Source: Catajapyx aquilonaris (Eukaryota). Taken from it: DNA of 20,000 bases. Positions 11,111 through 20,000 of the stretch are shown in pieces (position 1 is the first letter of the stretch; each line of letters opens with the position of its first letter). The position numbers and the translations under genes were made by a program. The stretch spans positions 57,003 through 77,002 of the forward strand of contig KZ538372.1 in NCBI GenBank assembly GCA_000934665.2, in the 5' to 3' direction. The notes below the pieces were generated by a model, which did not search any database, was not told where the DNA came from, and worked only from the letters and a program-made list of their open reading frames with translations.

Positions 11111-11594
11111 TCCAAAAGCATGAGGTAGTCGTTGGGAGTCCAGCCAGTGCTAGTGCCAGTGCCAGTGCCAGTGTTAGTGCCAGTGCCAGTGCCAGTGGCA
11201 GCCCGGCCAGTGTCCCTGCGGGCGCGCAACAATCCGCGTCGGCCAGTCCGCCCAGTGCGTCAGCCCCAGGGGCGGCCCAGGGTGCGGGGGCTCAAGGTGT
11301 CGGTGGTGGTGTTGGTGGTGCGGGTGCCGGGGTTGCACCAGCAACAACAGCAGCAGCAGCAACAGCAGCAACAGCAACAGCAACAACAACTCCAGCTGCG
11401 GTCTCGGTTGCTGACAAACCGCTTTCGTCGGCATGGCAGACCGCGCTTAGCGCCACAGCCATGAGTGCCAACAAGAAAAGGCAGCAGATCCGGAGGGGTG
11501 GAAAGGCCCCTCCGGACAGGCCCCAGAGGGCCCTCTTCTGTCTCACGCTCAACAACCCCATCCGAAAGCTCTGCATCGACGTGGTGGAATGGAA
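11108..11594 (+). CDS. Ca-alpha1D: Internal coding exon of an L-type voltage-gated calcium channel alpha-1 subunit (Cav1; homolog of CACNA1C/CACNA1D exon 2), encoding the cytoplasmic N-terminus up to the start of IS1
   Basis: The frame with codons starting at 11110 is open from the acceptor and reads [161 protein letters not shown](K). The RP.RAL.CLTL.NPIR..CI..VEWK segment is the Cav1 hallmark before IS1. The exon is bounded by a polypyrimidine/CAG acceptor (phase 1) and a U12 donor (phase 2), the phases I recall for vertebrate CACNA1C exon 2. It is GC-rich relative to its flanks. The supplied ORF 11461..11682 captures only the 3' part and runs into the intron. Confidence 0.93.
11143..11196 (+). 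repeat. Coding hexanucleotide tandem repeat (GCCAGT)x9 encoding (Ala-Ser)n
   Basis: Nine units: seven perfect GCCAGT plus GCTAGT (11149) and GTTAGT (11173). Confidence 0.95.
11339..11389 (+). repeat. CAG/CAA trinucleotide repeat (17 units), read as GCA/ACA = Ala/Thr in the channel frame
   Basis: CAGCAACAACAGCAGCAGCAGCAACAGCAGCAACAGCAACAGCAACAACAA. The channel frame gives ATTAAAATAATATATT. Confidence 0.95.
11425..11463 (+). other. NSCaTE-like calmodulin N-lobe binding motif ([12 protein letters not shown]) followed by an in-frame downstream Met
   Basis: W-x-x-x-L core (TGG 11434-11436 ... CTT 11446-11448) aligns with the Cav1.2/1.3 NSCaTE SWQAAIDAA. ATG at 11461 is in GCC-ATG context. Confidence 0.8.
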
Positions 11595-11604
11595 GTATCC
11601 TTTT
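11595..11604 (+). promoter_or_regulatory. U12-type (minor spliceosome) GT-subtype 5' splice site
   Basis: TGGAA|GTATCCTTTT matches the U12 donor consensus RTATCCTTT exactly and interrupts the Lys codon of VEWK. Voltage-gated Ca/Na channel genes are known to carry a minor intron at this position. Confidence 0.92.
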
Positions 11605-13039
11605 CAGCATTTTATTCGCGCGAAAAAATTATCATTAATAATAATAACAAAATGGCAAAATCTGATTGAAGATTCAGAGTAAAACTTTAAACCTAACATA
11701 TAGGATATCATGCTGTCAGTTGGGATTGCCACTTCCTTTGTCGTGTGATTAGATTTGCGGATCAATTAGTCAATGACGTCGTGACAGATGCGCGAGGTTT
11801 GTTAAGTGCTTCAGGATGTGAGATAATTTTTTCAGCAAATTTGGGCGGCACAAACCATCAATATGAAAACATTCCAGCGCTACGTAAACTATCACGCATT
11901 AGTCCAGTACGTGTATGAATCTATGGAGAGAGGAAAAGAAATATCGGAAGGCCCGTTCGGCTTAACTATTTTTTGACAGAGATTACCCATATGATTAAAA
12001 CGTGCACATCAACAATATTTGCATAGAAATAGAAAGAGGGGGGGGGGAGGCATTGCAGGTGACCTTGAAACTATCCAGTTAGCAAGTGCTGTCTTGTAAT
12101 TCACTTGCTCTCTGCGGGAGTTGTTAGCAAACAAGACCTATACCTTTAAGTCAACGCACAATCAGTTGTGTTCGCGGCAAAAATAATTGCGATATACAGA
12201 AGTTATGAGCATGTATTATTCACAAATGAATCAATTATTATAGAGCACGCGCACGAGTCACAAGCAAGGACATAGATCAAGATTTGCAAGTCTTGTTTGC
12301 AGCAGGCCTACTGATGCGTATGTACTTCAGTGCTTCACAGCACATATTTTAGTAATCAGAAATCAATCAATCGATAACATAAGTTATCGACAGCGCATTT
12401 TCCAGTTCTCATCAGAGATCATGCATAAAATCTTACTTCCGAATTTATGTACAGAACTGGCATTAAAGCACATTTTTCATGGAATATCCGTAACTTAAAT
12501 ATGTGTCTTGATTAATCAGGCGTCATTAACAAGCAGTTTAGAGTCAGGTCTCATTTTTATAATAAGTCTACTCTTGCACTATTACAGATTAAATATCGGT
12601 GCCACTATTGACCCAGTTTTGATTTATTCAAGGAAGAACAACAAAATCATACCATGCAGTTCATCAGTTGATGATCACTGATGGCTCTCTTAAAGTGGAA
12701 AACAAACATTAATTTTAATATCTGCTGTTATTTCTCTAACTTGAGATTACATGAACTGGAAATGTATAACACTAACCGCCAGTTAATATGGGGAAGTAGG
12801 TCTCTTGGCCCAAGCCTTTCTGGCACAGCGTCAAAACCATGTAGGGTAAACACTGAGAGATTGCAAGTTGCCAATGAGACTAATCCTACTTCTCCAATGA
12901 TAGTATACCATTACGTTCTGCCAAATAATAACCACTAAGCTTGCTTACAAATTATGTAAATGTAAATATGCAAATCATAATTCATCCGCACAATCTTCGT
13001 TGCAAATATTAAATTTGAAAACTGAAAGATATGTGAGTC

Positions 13040-13345
13040 TCTATGGAGAATTGCAATTTATCCGTGTTGAGGAAGGTTTGGAGACGGCTTGGGGAGAGGC
13101 TGAACCCGTATAATCGCCTCCAGTGGCGGCATAAAGCCTTACTTGACTTAATCCGCCATTACGAGAATATCTTCAACGGGACTCGAAAACTTGCAGAATC
13201 CAGGCTGAAGAACGCTGGTATAAAAGATCGCTCTAGAAAACTGAAAGGTGAAGAGTTCCTATATTCAGGCCGAATTCTGAATTCCAGAAGAGAAATAAAC
13301 ATACGTCCAATCGGGTTTTGAAGATTTTTTTAAAAAGGAAAGCAC
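13040..13345 (+). mobile_element. Decayed RTE-like LINE reverse transcriptase fragment
   Basis: Motifs in RT order: FIRVEEG / RRLGERLNP (cf. F.V..GVRQGDPLSP), IRHYENIF (at the RYADDI position, catalytic Asp residues lost), NAGIKDRSRKLK (cf. AGLKIN..KTK), EEFLYSGRILNS.REINIR (cf. EEFKYLGSII...EI..RI), GF*RFF (cf. GW.AF). Spacing is compressed, which implies deletions. Confidence 0.45.
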
Positions 13346-16300
13346 TCGTATAATGGCAGCTGAAAATTGCAAATTATACATTGGTTTACAGGAAACTATC
13401 TGGTTATGCACAAATAGTTACAATACAGACTCTGACATGGCTGAAACGTTTCTCCTTAATTTTCAGTAGTACAAACCGCCCTTATAGACATCGTAGGACA
13501 TTACAATAATTGAAGTTTAGTTAAAGGCATGTGTCGTATGAACTGACGAGTTGAGTACATTTCCTCACTTGTGTCTGGCTTTATAAAAGTAACGTAGCGA
13601 CAGCTGTCGACAGTTAGAAACAGCTTAGAATGAATTGAAAAAAAGCGGATAGAACTCGTACACAATTGTACAACTCAGAGAAGCAGTCAGGAACACGAAG
13701 CATCAAATCTAATTTTACACGGTTCGCCAATCCTTCGCGTTTTGTGTGCAAAACTTTCGTAGCCTATGCAGCATTCATGTCAAGCTCAAAATATGCAACT
13801 AAAAATTGAGTGTACAGTAAAACATGCACTGCATATATCTGCTTTAGATCAGAGGAAAGTGCAATTCTGCCGATGCTGAAAGGATGTGGATCCATGCCAT
13901 TTGGAACAGACGAAATGTCTACAAAATCGGATTTTTGAAGTTTGCTTTGCCCTGTGGAATATTTGGGCCCCTTTGCAAGGGGCCAACTGAAAAGATAAAC
14001 TAACTCACGTCTTGCATAATACGTACAGTACAAGGGGGTTTACTGAAAGTTTGAAGAGATGCAACAAGCAAGACCAATTCAGGTTGCTTCACTTTAATCT
14101 CATTGCTGTGGTATGCAATCCACAACATGTTCTCCTAAGTAATGATTATATTTAGCGCAATTCTCATAAGATAGTGAACATGCAATCTGCATGGAACAAC
14201 AGAGTGTGCTGAACTCTCATGAATTTCCAACAGATTTATTTACATTACAGCAATGTGAATGTATCTATATGATTGCTTTGCCCATCAAACGGTAATACCT
14301 GTCAAATATCAAACAAGTGTAGTGCATGGCCCAATAACACTATCTCTATTATCTAGAATTCCGTCACTATTGATTACACTGTTACCACGATAGAGTCTAC
14401 CAAAATCATGAATAGGGGCCATGCATTTATAGGGTGGCCCGAATGTCCCAATACCACTTCTGCCCCAAGCCCTATAGTTTTGATACTACTGTGCAGTACT
14501 CGTAAGATATTCAGGAGCCCATTGGACGAATTATTTATGTACCCTCATTTTTTTGTTTTGTGTCGTGGGTCCCAGAGGTGCGACTCCGCACAGAACTGTA
14601 GCTCAGTCGGTGACCTAACCGCGGCTATTTCCCTCCGATGCCTTGTCCACTGAGTATAAAGAAAAATGTGGACTAGCAGAGTAAAACAGGCTTATATGAT
14701 GCCATGTTTCATGAGCTAAAGGGAGACATCCAATTGTTTACTTGGCAGTTTTCTTCGCATCATTTCTGTAGAAGTGTAGAGGGAGGATTTGTCCCCACAG
14801 ATAGTGTCGCAGGGCTTGAGATATACAGGCTGATAGTAGAGCAAACGAAATATACGGGGAGAGAGGAGAGTAAACGAAATTCAATCAACCGTAGGCGACC
14901 AGGAAATTGAAGAGGTGATCCCAAACTAATGCAACTCTATTATTATCGCACGTGTGACACACATCCATTGCGCAATCTGTGATATAATATATTTTATCCA
15001 GCCGAACAGTAAAAAATTCCATATTGATATCAACTGTACTATACAGTGTACAGTACCACTCCATATTTAACTCTGCTGTAATGTGCTTGCTGCTCCCACA
15101 ATTCATTTGGAAAAACTAATGAGAGAAAACGCGAAACATATTACTTCTCGCTTGTATACAGTATTTAATTACTAGCAATTATTAAATTCAACCTCATTAG
15201 AGCAGTTTTCAACCTAATTAAGTAGCTTCAAGACCCAAATAATTCACACGTGAATGGGCCACTTTGGAACAACGCATTTGGTGTAGCTGTTATATGCATA
15301 GGGTATTTTGTATTATCATTCTATCACTAGTGGTCTTCTTTTGTCTATGATGCAAAATGCAGAGGAAAAATGTCGAGATGCCAGCCTATAACAACGTAAA
15401 AGTAAAACCAACAGTAGGTTGCAACTAGACACCTTTGTATCTCGGAACTTATGCATTAATAATCTCAAATACACAGTCATTAATTGCTAGCAATAACTCG
15501 TAAATAATGGGCAATGAGATTCCTGAGTGTTTCCACTCTGGTAAACCCAGCAGTAAATAACTGCAACATTTACGACGGCTTTTATCAGCAATTAGCAAAT
15601 AAATAAAACTGTACTCGAGTGAGGTTTACGCGTCGCAGGAAAAAAGGCGAAGTTCAAACGCGTAATGTTGCCGGAGTCACAAAAAAAAATCTGAAAGCTT
15701 CTAAAAACGGTTATGATGAAATAGGCATTTTTGAAGTATAATGGTGCACTGGTGCAGTGAAAACTGATAGTGCATGAAATTTCGGAGACGCAAATAAATC
15801 TGTTGCAGTGTAATTAAAAATCATTTATAAAGGGAGTAAATTTTACAGGCTTTGAATGGCCTACTCACTTGTCAGTTATTTATTTAGCCACCGAATTGTA
15901 AGGAATTGCGTGCGAGTGATGTAACTTGCTTCACATACAATAGAACTTTCCGCTATTGTGCAAGTGTTGCGTCATCCGCTTCCAGTGTTTCTCTCCTCGA
16001 AAAACATGAGAAGTCATTAAGTGATCAATAATGAGCTGCCAAAATATTCACAACTTTACCTGCTCTTTGTTACAGTTTTAAAGTTTGGATAATAGGTTTA
16101 ATTTTCCTGCCACTCGGGCCTTTCAAATGCAGTCTTTTGTTAAGTGACTTGTATCTTGGATTACATTATGCGAAGCATCGAATTTCCATTTAGGAGTTTT
16201 CAATGCTGAGCTTGGCAGGCGTCGACAACCTTTCAGCATTCAACGGTCTTACTCGTAACCATTGCACTTTCACTGACGCCTACAACTACAAGTTAACAAA

Positions 16301-18449
16301 AAAAATTGACACTAAACCAGAAGGATTGCGTTGATTTATCCGTCATCAAATTCTCATTCTAGTGGCCCAGGCCATTCTGTACGTTTTAAACACTTGAACT
16401 TGGCGTAATCCGTTGCAAAAGCCCAAACACCTAAAGCTGACTAATGCCCTAGCTAGTGGACAGCGACACAATAACGTACTTATGGAGAGGTGTGTCCTAA
16501 TTCACTATGCTTCTCCATCATGTGGTTAATAACATACGCTACCACAATAAGTATAAAGCATGCTGCACGTAACAGAAATTACCAATGTGATTATCACTCA
16601 TAATTTAATAACAACACATTTCCCTGGCGGGTGACCTTTGCTGTGTATGTACAGTATAGGTTATAGAGACGTTTTTCGGAAGTTCAGAAAATATTTCATT
16701 AAAAATAGTAGTGCACAGTTTGCCTGTGTCACCTGTGCATATGGTGCTATCTCGTGTCCGATGCTCCAAATTTAGCTGTTAGTATTTCAGATTTATGCCA
16801 GAACTAACTAGGCGTGCTGTTAACACGTGCTGTGCAGAATTAGTTTAGATGGATTCACAGGCGCTCCCTTGATGCGTAAGCTTACTGCGGGTAAATGCTG
16901 AGCAAAACACCGAATTTTTATTGTTCAATCATGTGATGTCTACTCTCTGGAATATATAGCGCATTAAACTCTCAAATTCAACCAAATATGAGCAATGTTG
17001 TAAACATATTCTCAACAAGATCAAACACAGTAATGCAGGAAAAAATGAAGTTTGGATTCCATCAAATTGTTGCCCCTGCGTGTTACGTTATCTGTAAGAC
17101 AAGAGAGGCTCTTTGGTTGCGTTCATCATTAGGATAAAACTGGAGCTCCAGTTGTGACGTATCGTGTCATTGGATTTCACTCTAACATGTAGCAGTCTCG
17201 ACTGAATTTGTCGGATCTGTCACATTTGGTCTCTATCTCTCAGACTGCCTTTATGAAGTCACCGTATCAGCCGTAATATGACTACATGTCATCTGAATAT
17301 TAACTGTGTATTAAACACGCCGAAAAAAAGTGCAGTTAAAGGGAACGTACTCTTTTTTATGGCTTGAGGCAAAAACCTGTGTATTTTACCGCCGGTTTGT
17401 CTCCACCTAAACCGTCTCTTGCAAATGGTAAACTTGATGCAAGAACCATGAAATCCCTGGGAATTTTTGCGCTGCGTTGCAGTTAGCGTACAAATATTAC
17501 TCTCTCACTGCCAGGCCATTATGTGGGTTCAGCACAGAGCGGAATGAAAGCTGAATACGCCCTTTATGCCCACAAAAATGAACTCGCATTCTACAAAGTA
17601 CCATCTCACATTTTTCATCAGGCAGCTAAATAATTTCCAGGGGAATGCTTTGATCGCAAGGACGGTTAAGAGAAACTGGCCCTTTTTATATATACAATGG
17701 GATGCAACCACAATATTTTGTAAGTAATGCTATTAGAATAATATGCACTTGTCGACCATTGATACATCCCTTTATTTGCTCGTGTGAAAGTAGGTACTGC
17801 AGATAAGGAAGCAGCCATGTAACTAATTAACACAATACTACAAGAATATAGCTAATTACTTAATCCTTCATTACAATCATGAGCAGCCTGCAGTGTTTAA
17901 TAATGGAATGAAGTGGCGAAATTGCATCAGAATACATTACCTGAGGGCGATGAGGTAAGGCCTGAATATGTGGAATATCAAATGAACCGAAATTGAAATT
18001 ACGATACAAGGCCAACCTCCATTACTGTACGAAAATGTCGAAGGTACACTGCTGTCAGAGATATTGGTTTGGCAAGTGTGCTTATGTCACAGAAACCGCA
18101 AGTAATGAGCAATAATTATTATTTATAGACATTCATATACCACATCTTCAAGCACAGCGAATGACGTTAAACTGTAACTGAATCTGGACGAATATGCTAC
18201 ATTGTTAAAAGATATTACTAACAAATAGGAGTTGTCTCTGAATTATTACAATATCAGTTTCATCACTAGGAGTGCACCTGTGTGTTTAACGGTGCTCACG
18301 TATCCGCAAAGCCCATCACAGTCTCCGGAGCTCACGGTCATCTGACCCAACCCTTAAAAAATGGACAGAAAATTCAAATGTAAGCCGGTTGTGAGGTCTA
18401 TTGAATAGATAACAATGTTCATGGGAATGAGATCATTGATCGTGCCGGA

Positions 18450-18476
18450 AGAGAGAGAGAGAGAGAGAGACAGAGA
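18450..18476. repeat. (GA)n microsatellite
   Basis: A(GA)10 CAGAGA. Confidence 0.95.
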
Positions 18477-19101
18477 CCGGGGCACACCGCCGAGGCTAGA
18501 GTTACTCCACATACAAAAAAAGAAGCTCTCTCTGGAGGCTGTTGCCACGGCAATCCAACAGGGCTGCTTCAGAACCCTGAGAACTTTGCAGTACTACTAT
18601 CCACACGATTTCGGCCATTTTTGTGACTGACGCCACCGTCATTCATCCGTCGTGTGCCTACCACTCTTCGCGGTTGAACAGTCTCTCAACCGCAGCACTT
18701 TCTGAAAAGGGACAGGCTCCCATCATAAGAGCCAAACCTCACTTATAGATTGCTTCTCAGGGATGCTGCATTTGAGGCATCGTGTGAGAGGAGGTTAGAT
18801 ATAGCATCTGTTGTTGTCAACAGAAGCAATTAACTAAGATAAAAATAGTATATGTACAGGAATACAGTATTGTCTAAAATTAATGCTTCATTAATATTTT
18901 TTTTCGTGTTTTTAAACCGAGGATTACTTGAGCCAATGGTATTATTAGTAGGCTTACTATCACCCACAATTTTACACCGTGGCTCATTTCATGTGTGATG
19001 TGTTTACAAACAAAACGCCCATCATGGTTTAACACTTTCCAATTACTCTCTCGTGAAACAAGTACCCGGCTTTCACTCATGAAACTCATTTCACAGCCTG
19101 A

Positions 19102-19170
19102 AGCCTAGTGAGGTAGATTAGGGCATTAGGCGTTCGGATATTCATTCGGAGATCATGAGTTTGAGGCCAT
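19102..19170 (+). mobile_element. Possible degenerate tRNA-derived SINE head
   Basis: A-box-like AGCCTAGTGAGG (19102-19113) and B-box-like GAGTTTGAGGCC (19157-19168), with tRNA-like intervening sequence TTAGGCGTTCGGATATTCATTCGGAGATC. I could not build a cloverleaf. Confidence 0.25.
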
Positions 19171-20000
19171 CCGTGTTCTCTTGGTCAATTCTGTCATGTT
19201 TTCCATTAGGGTCACACAATCACACCTTCCCGATCATTCTCCAATTAAGTGTGCAGCACAAATTTGGGCAGTATATTAACTTTCTGATGGGTCATCTTTC
19301 ACGGAAACAGCAACAAAATTAAGTGAAACATTGTTGATGAATTGCATGACCTAACGTAATAAGCTCCTTTTAACCAGTTACGCCAAACTTTCGCTCATTT
19401 AATTTTGAAGTGTTGGCAAACTGTAATTCTCATGGTGGGAGCCACATTTCATAGAGTACACCAGTCGCAGGTAGCAGGTGTGGCGAATTGCAGATTTTCT
19501 TGCTGACTTGGCATTGTTACAACACTTCTGTAACATAGACAGAAGTTGAAACATTTTTGAGACTCACCCTTTGTGGAAATAATGAGGAAATAATAAATGC
19601 GTAAAGTGTTCTGAATAATAAACATGTTTCAAAGTATTATTTTGTTCCAGATACGTTACGTCTGTAATCCTCTTAACAGAATATTGCACAATATTTTAGA
19701 ATACTTTCTGACCACACTCCTTACCTTTTAAAGTCAGAGTTTCCGCAATTCAATGTCAATCGGAAAACTCCGTTTCACATCTCAAAATACCGGTATATTA
19801 TTAGCAGCAACCTCTACGAAAGCTGATTACAAACCGCATCAACACCGATTCTTCAAAGGCTTCATTACGTCGAGAAAGAGCATGACGGCCTTGATGACGG
19901 CATTATAGTCCAGTCAAAATAGGTTTTAACCTGGAAATTTGAGATAGAAAGCTAATTTTTGGTACAGTTGTCCTTCATGATGTTCTCAAACAGTGTGTAA

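Larger units (their letters stand above)
11595..20000 (+). other. 5' part of a long U12-type intron of the Cav1 gene (over 8.4 kb; the 3' end lies outside the window)
   Basis: Begins at the U12 donor. I found no downstream exon encoding the expected PFE..ILLTIFANC IS1 segment, and no TTCCTTAAC-type branch site followed by such an exon. The region is AT-rich with no credible ORFs. Confidence 0.8.

Noticed and set aside
11132..11464. 110-aa poly-Q ORF as a real protein-coding gene
   Set aside because: It has no ATG start (TTG) and is a shifted reading of the Cav1 exon. The conserved motifs (NSCaTE, RALFCL) are in the other frame.
11595..11607. GTATCCTTTTCAG as a 13-nt GT-AG micro-intron
   Set aside because: It is far below the minimal intron size, and removing it does not restore channel sequence.
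11026..11610. Minus-strand ORFs with poly-Leu, poly-Cys, poly-Ala/Val and (TG)n tracts
   Set aside because: These are antisense shadows of the GC-rich repetitive exon, with no independent evidence.
13451..13469. TCTCCTTAAT-TTTCAG-TAG as the U12 branch site and acceptor
   Set aside because: The branch-to-AG distance is short and the following sequence does not encode the PFE/IS1 segment.
14597..14611. TGTAGCTCAGTCGGT, a perfect tRNA A-box / D-arm start
   Set aside because: There is no downstream GTTCGA B-box or cloverleaf. At most it is a SINE scrap.
14704..14910. ORF with faint resemblance to the RTE C-terminal 'W.GHV.R...GRP' region
   Set aside because: Key residues are absent and the similarity is too weak to call.
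19665..19740. TCTTAACAG and CTCCTTACC...AAAG as the U12 3' end
   Set aside because: The consensus match is imperfect and the downstream sequence does not translate to Cav1 IS1.
1..20000. CRISPR array, operon or other prokaryote-type system; the remaining short ORFs as genes
   Set aside because: There are no regularly spaced repeat-spacer units and no long ORFs or coding density. The splice signals and TE debris indicate animal intronic DNA.

Overview
This is eukaryotic, animal (probably arthropod) genomic DNA, mostly non-coding. The one convincing gene feature is a single internal coding exon on the + strand (11108/11111..11594) from an L-type voltage-gated calcium channel alpha-1 subunit gene (Cav1; Ca-alpha1D / CACNA1C-D family). 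It corresponds to vertebrate exon 2. The exon encodes an expanded Ala/Ser/Gly/Thr low-complexity N-terminus, an NSCaTE-like calmodulin-binding motif ([10 protein letters not shown]), a downstream in-frame Met, and the conserved [26 protein letters not shown] segment that precedes repeat I S1. It starts at a tandem CAGCAG (NAGNAG) acceptor and ends at a consensus minor-spliceosome (U12-type) donor, AA|GTATCCTTTT. The next exon (expected PFE...) is not in the window, so that minor intron is over 8.4 kb. The rest is intronic or flanking DNA with several very decayed LINE reverse-transcriptase-like relics, possible DNA-transposon, MITE and SINE remnants, microsatellites and one assembly gap. Most of the supplied ORFs are spurious. 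I see no prokaryote-type system, CRISPR array or intact RNA gene. The most interesting biology is the splicing and translation-initiation architecture of the Cav1 exon. All transposon calls are by-eye motif matches, not database results.
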